Source: Ferroglobus placidus DSM 10642 (lineage in GTDB: Archaea; Halobacteriota; Archaeoglobi; Archaeoglobales; Archaeoglobaceae). Taken from it: 32,000 nt of DNA. Made by a program: the position numbers and the translations under genes. The notes below the pieces were generated by a model. The model saw only the letters and a program-made list of their open reading frames with translations, was not told the origin of the DNA and did no database searches. The stretch's first letter is position 1. Each line of letters starts with the position of its first letter. This document shows, piece after piece, positions 17,258-26,525 of this stretch. The stretch covers positions 600,001 through 632,000 of the forward strand of contig NC_013849.1 in the NCBI RefSeq assembly GCF_000025505.1, read 5' to 3'.

Positions 17258-18595
17258 TTAGAGTTTTCTCCTCGCAAAGTAGGCTGCAGAAATTCCGGCT
17301 AAGCTAAGTAACACTCCGAATCCCGGAGTCTTCTTGGTCTCTTTCTCAGCTTCTGGTGTTTCCTTAGCTTCTTTCGTATTTTCAGTCGTTTTTTCCTTCA
17401 GCTTTTCAGCCTTCAGCTTCTCAGCCTCGTACTTTATTTTGACGAGAGATGCCTTAAGCGGAGCCCATCCGTACCAGTGGCTGTAATCTGGATTCATGTG
17501 GAAAGCTCCCTGGAATGTTCTCATCCTGTATTCGAGGAACATTAGGTAAAGTTCTTCCTCAATAGGAGTTTTTACTTCGTAGAACTGGAGCAGATCTGGA
17601 GCGTACTTCCAATCCTCCGGCTTCTCGAGAATACCGAGGTCGTACAGCTCCTTCACCGTTCTTATAGCCTCAGCAAAAACCCTGTCGGCTTCTCTTATCA
17701 TTTTGTCAGCTGCCTCAAGCTGTTCCCTTGCGAAGTTTTCTGAGTGGCACTGCGAGCATACTTTTATCATTCTTTCCCTCTCAGCCTGCCACTCTTCCTT
17801 GCTCAGTCTTGCAACTTTTCCAGCCTTGACGATCTCGAACCTCTCTGTCGGGTTTCCGTTTTCGTCGAGAACGCCCAGAGCTTGAAGGATCGTCACTCTA
17901 TCCTTCCACCACTCCTCGTCATCCTCTGGAACCCTTAACGCCAAGAACCCCCAGGCTGTCATGACTGCATGATTCCCCTCTGGCATGTGACAAGTCTGAC
18001 ACTTCGGAGCTCTTCCAGTGTCTCCTTCGATCCTGTAAATCACTCCGTGCTTGCTCGTCGACCACATCTCATACTGCGGATGATCGAAACCCATGTGGCA
18101 GGGCAAACATGCTTCGGGTTTTCTTGCTTCTTCCTTGCTGAACTTGTGCCTTGTGTGACAAGAATCGCATGCAGCAGCACCATACTTGTAAGCTCCTTTG
18201 TCTTCGATGTATCCTATTTTGTGGCACCCGCTGCAACCCTTAAAACCTTCCAAATCCCTCTGAGGAGTGGGGATGTGCTGCAAGGCTGGAATCGCTTTCA
18301 TGGCTATCCACGCGTAGTAGTGCTTCCCGCTCGCGTACTGCTCGTATTGCTGCGGATGACAGGCTTTGCAAGTCTCTGGAGTTGGCATTTTTGCCTTTTC
18401 CCAATCGTTGGAGCTTTTGTGCTCGTTTCCGTGGCATACCTCACAACTAAAATGTTTGCTCATGTTTCCGGACAACCACTGATCAACTATTCCCGGTGTA
18501 ACTGCTTTATGACAATCTATACACTCGCTGCCGCTGGCAACGCCAGCTATCAGAAACGCCGCTAAAATTGCAATCAATGGGCGCATTAAATTCAC
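17258..18595 (-). CDS. Octaheme c-type cytochrome, hydroxylamine-oxidoreductase-like, with PGF-CTERM-like tail
   Basis: Signal peptide, eight CXXCH motifs (CIDCH, CEVCH, CKACH, CSGCH, CDSCH, CLPCH, CQTCH, CSQCH), HMNPDYSHWYGWAPL, C-terminal K/E linker then TPGFGVLLSLAGISAAYFARRKL. Confidence 0.93.
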   Translation of the reverse strand: MNLMRPLIAILAAFLIAGVASGSECIDCHKAVTPGIVDQWLSGNMSKHFSCEVCHGNEHKSSNDWEKAKMPTPETCKACHPQQYEQYASGKHYYAWIAMKAIPALQHIPTPQRDLEGFKGCSGCHKIGYIEDKGAYKYGAAACDSCHTRHKFSKEEARKPEACLPCHMGFDHPQYEMWSTSKHGVIYRIEGDTGRAPKCQTCHMPEGNHAVMTAWGFLALRVPEDDEEWWKDRVTILQALGVLDENGNPTERFEIVKAGKVARLSKEEWQAERERMIKVCSQCHSENFAREQLEAADKMIREADRVFAEAIRTVKELYDLGILEKPEDWKYAPDLLQFYEVKTPIEEELYLMFLEYRMRTFQGAFHMNPDYSHWYGWAPLKASLVKIKYEAEKLKAEKLKEKTTENTKEAKETPEAEKETKKTPGFGVLLSLAGISAAYFARRKL

Positions 18596-18759
18596 CTCCC
18601 ACTTAAATTGTTAAATAAACACACTTTTGATTACGATCTGAGAAAATTTAATCTTTTTCCCTAAATATCTCTTTTAACCGTGTTAAATTAAAAGTGCAAA
18701 GGTGGTTAACGGAGTAAAATTTTTAATAATTAGTATCTATATTTTTGTCGGTGATTTAA

Positions 18760-20127
18760 ATGAGAGCAAAATATTTGGCAGTACTACTTGTTTTGTTGGC
18801 TGTCTTTTTGGCAGGTTGCAGCGGTCAGCAGGGAAAAACTGCAACTACTCCAACTCCGACACCCGAAAAAACGCCCACTCCAATTCCGACGCCGGATATC
18901 GAAAAAATAAAACAAGAGGCAGCTGAGGAGGCGATAGGCGAGGCGATGGTACTCGCAATAAACACCCACTTCGACGATCCAAATACCGATGAAATCGAAG
19001 GTGTAAACGTCAATCCCGAGTTTGGTTGCCAGGGATGTCACTTTGGAAAAGAAGCGGTGCCGAGGATGATCGAGTGGGGTAAATCGGCTCACGGAGGTCA
19101 TCTGCTTGAGGTGAAGGAAAAAGACCTTTCTGCAGCAATAACAGAAGAAATAGCTCCGGCTTGGGCTCATTACGATTTCAAGCAAAAAGATAGGCAACCG
19201 TGTCAGAACTGCCACACTTCGACGGGCTTTAGAAACTTCGCAAGCAATCCGGAAAACTACAATCCAGCAAACAACACATTCTTACTTGTCGGAAAGCAGA
19301 AAGAGCTGCTGTACTGCTGGGCGTGTCACAAAGTGGAGGATAGAAGCTTCCAATTGAGAAATCCCGGTAAATTCGAAAAAATTGCTTCCTACTCAGAGCC
19401 GGCAGAGAGAATAGCTGCTGTTCCGGATTTAGGAGCAGCAAACTTATGTATGGTCTGCCATTCCGGAAGGAGCAGTGGAGCAGCGATAAAAGCTGCTGGA
19501 AACATTAAAACTCACTTCGGAGCGTTCAACTCCCACTACTTGGCTGCTGGAGGTGTAATCTTCAAACTTCTGCCGTACGAGTTCGACGGAAGAGAGTATG
19601 CAGATTACAATCCGCACGAAAGCATAAACGATCTTTGCGTTGCCTGCCACATGCCAAAAGGTAGTCACGAGTTCAAAGCTTTGAAGAAAGAAGGAGATAG
19701 CATCGTGATTACAGCCTACGAGGAAACTTGCAAGAAGTGCCACGGAGATGAGGAGGAGCTGAAAGCTACGATAGAGGAAAGGGAAGCCCAGTACAAAGCC
19801 ACTCTCGACTACATACAACAGCTTCTTGCTAATAAGGGAATTTACTACGACATAAGCGCTTATCCGTACTTCTACCCCTCTCCCAACCCGCAGGATGGAA
19901 GAGGACCTCCAAATGCTTTCAAGGACTGGCCCGACAAGAACACTCTCGGAGCAGCTTACAACCTCAACCTCTTCGCTCACGAGCCCGGAGCTTTCGTGCA
20001 CAATCCGAAGTACGTGAAGCAAGTCCTCTACGACACAATCGACTTCCTTGACGACGGAGAGCTTAACGATTCAGTTTTAAACAACGCTCCGGAAAAAGTG
20101 AAGGCATTCCTCGAAGGAGCGAGATAA
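18760..20127 (+). CDS. Hexaheme c-type cytochrome, lipoprotein-like
   Basis: LLAVFLAGCSG lipobox-like signal, T/P-rich linker, six CXXCH motifs (CQGCH, CQNCH, CWACH, CMVCH, CVACH, CKKCH). Confidence 0.93.
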   Translation: MRAKYLAVLLVLLAVFLAGCSGQQGKTATTPTPTPEKTPTPIPTPDIEKIKQEAAEEAIGEAMVLAINTHFDDPNTDEIEGVNVNPEFGCQGCHFGKEAVPRMIEWGKSAHGGHLLEVKEKDLSAAITEEIAPAWAHYDFKQKDRQPCQNCHTSTGFRNFASNPENYNPANNTFLLVGKQKELLYCWACHKVEDRSFQLRNPGKFEKIASYSEPAERIAAVPDLGAANLCMVCHSGRSSGAAIKAAGNIKTHFGAFNSHYLAAGGVIFKLLPYEFDGREYADYNPHESINDLCVACHMPKGSHEFKALKKEGDSIVITAYEETCKKCHGDEEELKATIEEREAQYKATLDYIQQLLANKGIYYDISAYPYFYPSPNPQDGRGPPNAFKDWPDKNTLGAAYNLNLFAHEPGAFVHNPKYVKQVLYDTIDFLDDGELNDSVLNNAPEKVKAFLEGAR

Positions 20128-20192
20128 AATATCTTTTATTTTTTTTTATCAGGTAAAGAGTCTAAAAGAAAAATCTCCAATCTTCCTGAAAA

Positions 20193-20741
20193 TTACTTCA
20201 GACCGACAGCCTCCTTTATTCTTTCGACCTCCATTTCCAGCTTCCTGAACCTCTCATCGAGATAAGCCTTGAGATCCTGCCTGAGAGCATCCACTTTTTC
20301 TCCGACTTTATCAACCTTCTCTCCAACCTCTTTCACGGCTTTTACCGTTTCGTCCTGCTTCTCAAGCATCTTATCTTGCTTTTCTAGCATTTTGTCCTGC
20401 TTGCTCAATACCTGCTTTCCGTATTCTATGAACTTTCTCGACTGTCCGACGTTGAAAACTAAAGCGAATGCTTCTATTTTTGGAACGTATCCTGTGTAGT
20501 CCTCAACCTTAACTTCATCAACAACGGCATCAGGGGGAAAGTTTGACTTCGCAAATTTGCAGAACTCATTTACCGCTTCATCTTCTCCTTCAACGTAAAC
20601 CTCCACAATCTGCTTATCATCCTCTTCAACGTTGACAGCTCTAAGTTTTTCGATGCCAAAAGCTAAAGCATTCTCCATCAGAAAATAGCGATAACCGATA
20701 TCGTGAACCTTTGAACCGATAATCCTGACCTTCTTTTTCAC
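20193..20741 (-). CDS. Acylphosphatase-like domain fused to C-terminal coiled coil
   Basis: N-terminal KVRIIGSKVHDIGYRYFL...VEVYVEGEDEAVNEF.KFAK acylphosphatase-like; C-terminal KQDKMLEKQDKMLEKQDETVKAVKEVGEKVDKVGEKVDALR heptad-like repeats. Confidence 0.75.
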   Translation of the reverse strand: MKKKVRIIGSKVHDIGYRYFLMENALAFGIEKLRAVNVEEDDKQIVEVYVEGEDEAVNEFCKFAKSNFPPDAVVDEVKVEDYTGYVPKIEAFALVFNVGQSRKFIEYGKQVLSKQDKMLEKQDKMLEKQDETVKAVKEVGEKVDKVGEKVDALRQDLKAYLDERFRKLEMEVERIKEAVGLK

Positions 20742-20824
20742 ACTCGTATCTTTTCTTCGAAGTGCGAATATATATCTTTTTGTTTACATGCAAACGGTTT
20801 CGTTAGAGAGTTAAAGTGCGGAAT

Positions 20825-22513
20825 TTAGGTTAGCTCAATCGCAAGAATGAAAAGCATCAAGTAGGTTGCAAAAATTACGCAGACGACGATCAAGCTATAT
20901 CCCGGAGTTAGTTCTCTAATCTTCACCCTCGCTATTGCTTTTAATTTTCCTGCAGCTTCGAGTACTCTCCTGTCAAGCTCTTTTGAGAACTCAGTAAATT
21001 TGAGGCAGAAGTAAATAAAACGATCGCCGACAATTCTCGGCAACCAGTCCGTGTCGAGAACGATTTTTTCCTCTCCTCTCAGCTTCTCTCTCATAACCCA
21101 GAAGCCGAAGAACGTGAATAAGAGGAGTTGACTCATGGAGATTACCTTTGCCGGATCGTAGGGGTTGTACTCCACTGGATAGGGTAAGAGAGAATAAAGA
21201 ATTTCGTATCCCGGATAAGTTCCGAAGAAAACGTTTAAAGCTGCGAGAATGATCATTCCAGCAAGCATGTTCTTCGGAGGCTCTCTCGCTTCAATTACGG
21301 GCTCTCTCGAAAACCACACGTTCCAAGGAAGCTTTAACCCTGTGTGTAGGAAAGTTCCGACGGAAGCACCTTCAAGGAGGAACCAGACTAAAACAAGATT
21401 TTCTTCAGCTGATGCGTAGACTGTCATGTTCTTACTAACGAATCCGCTGAAGAGGGGGAAAGCAGAAATTGAGAAAGCTCCGACCATGTAGAGGTAAAAC
21501 GTGATGGGCATGTATCTGTAAAGCCCGCCAAGCTCGGTGAATTTGCTCCTTCCCGTGACTTCGATGACAGCTCCTACTCCCATGAACAGAAGAGCTTTAT
21601 ATAGGATGTGAGTGAAAGCGTGAGAGCATGCGCCGTTTATAGCCATGGCAGTGCCAATTCCTACTCCAGCGACCATGTACCCTACCTGAGAGACGATGTG
21701 ATATGCTAAAAGTCTTCTTCCATCGTTTTCGAGAACAGCAAAGATAACTCCGTACATAGCCATAACAGCTCCGAGCCACATCAGCAACTCCTCTCCCGCA
21801 AAACCCCTTGCCAAAGCGTAGACAGCGCTTTTCGTCGTGAAGGCTGTAAGATATACTGCTCCAGTCACGGTAGCCTCTGGGTAAGCATCTGGCAGCCATG
21901 CGTGGAGAGGAGGGACTGCTGCGTTTACTATAAATCCTATGAGAATCAGATAGTAAGCCAATCCTACCTTTTCGAAAGAAACGAATTTCAGATTGCCGGT
22001 TTGCTGCACGTACAAAACAATCCCGGCGAGAAGGAAAAGCCCTCCGACGAGATGCCACAGAGCATATCTGAACCCAGCCTCTTCGGCTTTTTTCGTCCTT
22101 CTCATCCAGATCAGGAAGAGAGAGCCAACAGCCATCAATTCCCAGAAGATGTAAAACGAAAAGAGATCTCCAGCGAAAACGACTCCTAAAGCACTTCCGA
22201 CGTAAACCATTGCCGAAAAGTGTTCAAATCTGCTCGAATGAAGAGCGTAAACGTTCATGGCTATCGCAGCTATCGAAAAAACGTAGGCGAAGACGAGGGA
22301 TAGCTTGTCTACCCTAACGAAAACTTCGTAATCGAGAAACTCAGCTTTCAACTCGAAAGGTACATCTCCGAAGTAGCCGAGGGAGGTTAGGATAAGTATG
22401 AGCAGCGATACAACCGGCAGAGAGAGGAAAAGAATCTGCTCAACTCTCCTAAATTTCAGAAAGGTTAGCGGAAGAGATCCTAAGAGTATCACGACTCCCG
22501 GGTGAACCCACAT
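20825..22513 (-). CDS. Proton-conducting antiporter-like membrane subunit (MrpD/NuoL/M/N family)
   Basis: YIFWELMAVGSL, PPLHAWLPDAYPEATVTGAVYLTAFTTKSAVYAL, LLAYHIVSQVGYM motifs; 562 aa. Confidence 0.93.
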   Translation of the reverse strand: MWVHPGVVILLGSLPLTFLKFRRVEQILFLSLPVVSLLILILTSLGYFGDVPFELKAEFLDYEVFVRVDKLSLVFAYVFSIAAIAMNVYALHSSRFEHFSAMVYVGSALGVVFAGDLFSFYIFWELMAVGSLFLIWMRRTKKAEEAGFRYALWHLVGGLFLLAGIVLYVQQTGNLKFVSFEKVGLAYYLILIGFIVNAAVPPLHAWLPDAYPEATVTGAVYLTAFTTKSAVYALARGFAGEELLMWLGAVMAMYGVIFAVLENDGRRLLAYHIVSQVGYMVAGVGIGTAMAINGACSHAFTHILYKALLFMGVGAVIEVTGRSKFTELGGLYRYMPITFYLYMVGAFSISAFPLFSGFVSKNMTVYASAEENLVLVWFLLEGASVGTFLHTGLKLPWNVWFSREPVIEAREPPKNMLAGMIILAALNVFFGTYPGYEILYSLLPYPVEYNPYDPAKVISMSQLLLFTFFGFWVMREKLRGEEKIVLDTDWLPRIVGDRFIYFCLKFTEFSKELDRRVLEAAGKLKAIARVKIRELTPGYSLIVVCVIFATYLMLFILAIELT

Positions 22514-22756
22514 CTACCTCACCTTCCTTATTTTTTCGTAGTAGTCTTCGCTCTTCATTATGAACTTCCCAATCGATTTCGAGATGATTACGAGAGCTAT
22601 GCACATTACGAAGCCAAAAGCGGCGCTAAATGCTGGAACTTCCCAGTAAAAGTGTCGCTTTGGATGAAAAACGAGAAAGTATGCTAAGTCTGCTGCGATT
22701 AGAATTGCCGCAAGCACGTAAAGAAGTTTGAAGCCCTTCATATTCTCCCACCCCAC
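22514..22756 (-). CDS. Small two-helix membrane protein of the antiporter operon
   Basis: 80 aa with two hydrophobic segments, tightly packed between two large antiporter subunits. Likely start at the internal Met (MKGF). Confidence 0.65.
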   Translation of the reverse strand: MGWENMKGFKLLYVLAAILIAADLAYFLVFHPKRHFYWEVPAFSAAFGFVMCIALVIISKSIGKFIMKSEDYYEKIRKVR

Positions 22757-24210
22757 AACTCCTCAGCGGCTTTTTTCACCAGCTCAAAGATGTTGAGAAC
22801 GTCGGGATTCAGGAAAAGCACTACTGAGAAGAGGGCGGTAATCGAGAGAGGAAGAATCATGTAGACGTTGTAGAGATGAGAAAGCTCTCTAAATCTCTCA
22901 TTGCTTTCCCTGAAGAACGCATTTCTAACTATCGGGAAGAAGTAAATGGCGTCGAGCAGCGAGGAAAGTAAGACTACAGCCAAAGCCATCAGGTTGTTCG
23001 CATTTATAGCCCCGAAGGCTATGTACCACTTGCTCAAGAATCCAGCCACAGGCGGAATTCCGCTCATTCCTATTGCACCGATTGCAAAGGCTGCAAAAGT
23101 TAAAGGCAAGCTCTTTCCGAGACCGTCAAGTTCGCTCACTCTATCTTTTCCGCTTATCACCGCTATAGCTCCAGCGCAGAGGAAGAGGGTTATTTTCATG
23201 TAGCCGTGGAAGGGAATGTGCATCGCAGCTCCGGAGAAAGCCAGAGGATTGAGCATCGCAGTCCCAAGCAGAATAAACGAAAGCTGATTTATCGTTGAAT
23301 AAGCTATTCTCCTCTTCAGGTTGTCCTCTCCGATGGCAAGGAGGTTTGCGACTATCATCGTAAATCCAGCTACAGCTGCGAGAATCGCTCCGAGTTTAAG
23401 CTCGCTCATCAGCTCAGCACCGTAAACGTAGTAAACTACCCTGATTATTCCGAAAACCCCTGCTTTAACAACGGCAACAGCATGAAGCAGCGCTGAAACT
23501 GGAGTTGGAGCGACCATCGCCGTTGGCAGCCACGAATGTAGTGGCATGTATGCCGCTTTTACGAATCCGAGGAGGAAGAGAACGAAGAGGAATTTGAGCA
23601 TCGCTTCGCTTCCGGCAATAAATCCTCCTGCCTTGAAGTCTGTCGTTCCAGTTAAAAAGTAGGTGATCATCGTCGCTGCCAGTAAAGCACCTCCCGAAGG
23701 AAGCAAATAGGCGAGATACCTTCTTCCCGCTGAAAGAGCCTCCTCGCTCTCCTCGTGGGCAACTAACGGGTAGGTGCAGATAGTCAGAAGCTCGTAAAAA
23801 ACGTAGAAGGTTATCAGGTTTTTTGAAAAGGCTATTCCGAAAGCCGAAAACAACGCTATGGCAAAGAAGAAGTAAAACCTCGTCTGGGCGTGCTCTTTCA
23901 AAGCTCGCATGTAACCTACAGAATAAATCGAGACGAGTATCCAGAGGGAAGAGGAAGTTAAAGCGAAAATCGTGCCGAAAGCGTCGGCTTTAAAGGAAAA
24001 ATCTATTCCCGGAGCTATGTTGAAAAGTGTAACCTCTACTGGAGCCTCAAGAACTTGCTTCGATATATTGAAAATGCATAGAAAGCTTAATATCGACGCC
24101 GAAATCGTTACGCTCTCCCTCAAGTTGGGATGATTTCTTAAGAGAAGAATCAAAATGGATGCGATTCCGGGAGTGAAGACTGCAAGAAGTAAAAGATCTT
24201 CGGCTCTCAT
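22738..24210 (-). CDS. Proton-conducting antiporter-like membrane subunit (MrpD/NuoL/M/N family)
   Basis: FYVFYELLTICTYPLVAH, MPLHSWLPTAMVAPTPVSALLHAVAVVKAGVFGI, RRIAYSTINQLSFI. Confidence 0.93.
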   Translation of the reverse strand: MRAEDLLLLAVFTPGIASILILLLRNHPNLRESVTISASILSFLCIFNISKQVLEAPVEVTLFNIAPGIDFSFKADAFGTIFALTSSSLWILVSIYSVGYMRALKEHAQTRFYFFFAIALFSAFGIAFSKNLITFYVFYELLTICTYPLVAHEESEEALSAGRRYLAYLLPSGGALLAATMITYFLTGTTDFKAGGFIAGSEAMLKFLFVLFLLGFVKAAYMPLHSWLPTAMVAPTPVSALLHAVAVVKAGVFGIIRVVYYVYGAELMSELKLGAILAAVAGFTMIVANLLAIGEDNLKRRIAYSTINQLSFILLGTAMLNPLAFSGAAMHIPFHGYMKITLFLCAGAIAVISGKDRVSELDGLGKSLPLTFAAFAIGAIGMSGIPPVAGFLSKWYIAFGAINANNLMALAVVLLSSLLDAIYFFPIVRNAFFRESNERFRELSHLYNVYMILPLSITALFSVVLFLNPDVLNIFELVKKAAEELWGGRI

Positions 24211-25688
24211 TTCACCACCCCGAGAACTCTTGCTACATCTTCGAGGAATCTTACTCCCTCAGCGAGCCAGAAAACTCCTACGAGTACGCAGAGAACGGCG
24301 AGAACTAAAGCTGGATAGAGCATTAACGCCGGCAACTCATCTTTCTCAACCTTCTCGTGGTTTCCTTTCATGTATAAAGCCTCTATAACTCTCCAGAAAT
24401 AAACGAGGCTGAGCAAAGAGCTTGCGATCATCACCGCTATGAATCCAAGTTTTCCGGTTTCGAGAGAAGCGAGAATTATGTAGAGCTTCGTAACGAATCC
24501 GACCGTTGGCGGAATGCCGATCATGGAAATTGCCGCAATTGTAAATGCTGCCGCTGATAAAGGCATTTTTCTACCTAATCCTTCTACGTCTTCTATTCTC
24601 CTCGCGTTTGCTTTGTATACGAAGCCGCAGGCTACCATGAAGAGCGTCGCTTTCATCAGCGAGTGATTCAATAAATGAGCGACAGCAGCTGAAATACCCC
24701 ACTTCGTGTTCAAGAAGCTCATAGCCAGAACGATATATCCTACGTGAGAGATCGAAGAGTAGGCGAGCATTCTCTTAAGACTTCTCTGCATTATCGCAAA
24801 AACTGATCCGAGGATTATGGCTGCTGAAGCTACGTACGCGACGAGCTCCCAAACTACTGCGAATCTCTCCAAGAATTCGACTGTGAAAACCGAGAAAATT
24901 ATTCTTATTAAAGCGTAAGCGTTAATCTTTGCCATAGCTGTGGATATCAAGACAGTAACCGCCGAGGGTGAGTACTCGTATGCATCCGGCTGCCAGAAGT
25001 GGAGGGGGAACAAAGCCATTTTAATAGCCAGCCCCACGAAGTAGAAGACGAAAGCAGCGTGGACGACTTTGTTTTCGTAGAGCAAAGATAGAAGTATTTT
25101 CGCGTCGAGCATGTTGAGAGTTCCGGTAGCAGCGTAGAGAAAAGCTGTGCCGAGGAGGTAGAAGGAAATTCCAACCGTTCCGAGAATTAAGTAGTTGTAG
25201 GAGGCAACTAAGGCTCTTTTACCAGCCATAGCGATTAACGTGTAACCGGAAAGAGAAGCGATCTCCATGAATACGAAGAGGTTGAACAAATCTCCGGTAA
25301 CAGCTACTCCGCACATTCCGGAAACTAAAAGCTGCCATAGAGTGTAGAAATACGGAATTTTGTACTCTTCTATCTCCTTCTCCACGACCTTTTTTGCGTA
25401 GATCGTTGCGACAAGGCTGAAGAATAAGACCACGAAAAGCGTATAGGCTCCGAGCTCGTCAGTAGCGTATTCTATCCCCCACGGAGGTCTCCAGCCGCCG
25501 AGCCAGTATCTTATCGCTCCATTTTTTGTCACGTAATCGAGGATGAAGAGAGAGAGAATTAGCTGAATCGATATCGTGCCGAGGGAAATGTAATATCCGG
25601 CTCTTCTACTGAAAATTCCACTCAGGAGTATCGTAAAAGCTGACAGAAGGGAAATCGCAACTACAGTTATTGGCAAATGCTCTATCAT
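24207..25688 (-). CDS. Antiporter subunit MrpD-like
   Basis: FNLFVFMEIASLSGYTLIAM, FPLHFWQPDAYEYSPSAVTVLISTAMAKINAYAL, KRMLAYSSISHVGYI. Confidence 0.93.
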   Translation of the reverse strand: MIEHLPITVVAISLLSAFTILLSGIFSRRAGYYISLGTISIQLILSLFILDYVTKNGAIRYWLGGWRPPWGIEYATDELGAYTLFVVLFFSLVATIYAKKVVEKEIEEYKIPYFYTLWQLLVSGMCGVAVTGDLFNLFVFMEIASLSGYTLIAMAGKRALVASYNYLILGTVGISFYLLGTAFLYAATGTLNMLDAKILLSLLYENKVVHAAFVFYFVGLAIKMALFPLHFWQPDAYEYSPSAVTVLISTAMAKINAYALIRIIFSVFTVEFLERFAVVWELVAYVASAAIILGSVFAIMQRSLKRMLAYSSISHVGYIVLAMSFLNTKWGISAAVAHLLNHSLMKATLFMVACGFVYKANARRIEDVEGLGRKMPLSAAAFTIAAISMIGIPPTVGFVTKLYIILASLETGKLGFIAVMIASSLLSLVYFWRVIEALYMKGNHEKVEKDELPALMLYPALVLAVLCVLVGVFWLAEGVRFLEDVARVLGVVK

Positions 25689-26095
25689 TCCATCAACTCC
25701 TTGATCTCCTCCTCTTCGAGGGTTCCGTATTCTCTGTAAATCCTTATCATCAGTGCGAGAGCTAAAGCGAGTGTTGCCGCCGCAACGACAATTCCCGTTA
25801 GAACGAGCACGTGCGGAACTGGATTGACGTAGATGTACCCTTCTTCAATTCCCTTCTCCCAGACTATCGGAGCCGTCCCGCTTTTCAGTCCGAGAGTTCT
25901 TTCTATGTCCTTTCCGACGTCTGCGAGAGAAATAAAGAGTAAGAAGATTGCCGTCTGGAATACGCTCAGTCCGATTATCTTTTTCACGAGATTCCCGTAG
26001 GCTATCGCTCCGTAGAGTCCGATGAGCATTAACACCACAAAGCTCCAGTAGTTGTACCTTGCGAGGAACACTTCAACTATGTCCATCTTCATCAC
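25685..26095 (-). CDS. Antiporter subunit MrpC/NuoK-like
   Basis: LIGLYGAIAYGNLVKKIIGLSVFQTAIFLLFISL...DPVPHVLVLTGIVV-like NPVPHVLVLTGIVVAAATLALALAL. Confidence 0.92.
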   Translation of the reverse strand: MMKMDIVEVFLARYNYWSFVVLMLIGLYGAIAYGNLVKKIIGLSVFQTAIFLLFISLADVGKDIERTLGLKSGTAPIVWEKGIEEGYIYVNPVPHVLVLTGIVVAAATLALALALMIRIYREYGTLEEEEIKELME

Positions 26096-26525
26096 CCTTC
26101 CAAACGAGGTCGAAGAAGAGGGAGACGAAAGAAGCTGCTACGGTCATTCCGATCCCCACTTCAATCACGTCGGCTATGAGTATTCCTCTCGCAACCGTGT
26201 GAGGAACGAACAAGCTGAGGAAGGTTGCTGAGTAGTTCAAGAACTCCGCTCTTCCGAGGGAATACAATACAGTGAGCATCCCGACTCCAGCGTAGATCCA
26301 AAGTCCGAGGCTTTTGAAAGCCGTATTCCAGCTTTCCGGAGCAGCTCTCCTTCCTTTCTCTGCTCCAAAGGTTATTGCATAGAGAATGAACGATGCCGCA
26401 AGAATAACTCCCCCCTGAAAACCACCTCCCGCTCCTTCCGTGCCGGTCATGACGTAAAAACCGTAGAGCTGAATAAAGGGAAGCATTGTCCTGACGGTGG
26501 TTTTTATCACAACGTTCTCACTCAA
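26073..26525 (-). CDS. Antiporter subunit MrpB-like (MnhB domain)
   Basis: VRTMLPFIQLYGFYVMTGTEGAGGGFQGGVILAASFIL, ADVIEVGIGMTVAA. Confidence 0.9.
   Translation of the reverse strand: MSENVVIKTTVRTMLPFIQLYGFYVMTGTEGAGGGFQGGVILAASFILYAITFGAEKGRRAAPESWNTAFKSLGLWIYAGVGMLTVLYSLGRAEFLNYSATFLSLFVPHTVARGILIADVIEVGIGMTVAASFVSLFFDLVWKGDEDGHS

Noticed and set aside
17744-18565. Plus-strand ORFs of 64 and 198 aa antisense to the octaheme cytochrome
   Set aside because: They mirror the strongly supported multiheme coding frame, are Ser/Val/His rich, and show no domain pattern; typical shadow ORFs.
18596-18759. tRNA or structured RNA between the divergent cytochrome genes
   Set aside because: AT-rich, promoter-like sequence with no cloverleaf or strong hairpin visible; a covariance search would be needed to exclude small RNAs.
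19444-20022. 192-aa minus-strand ORF antisense to the hexaheme cytochrome
   Set aside because: Lies fully inside a frame with six CXXCH motifs and has no recognisable features.
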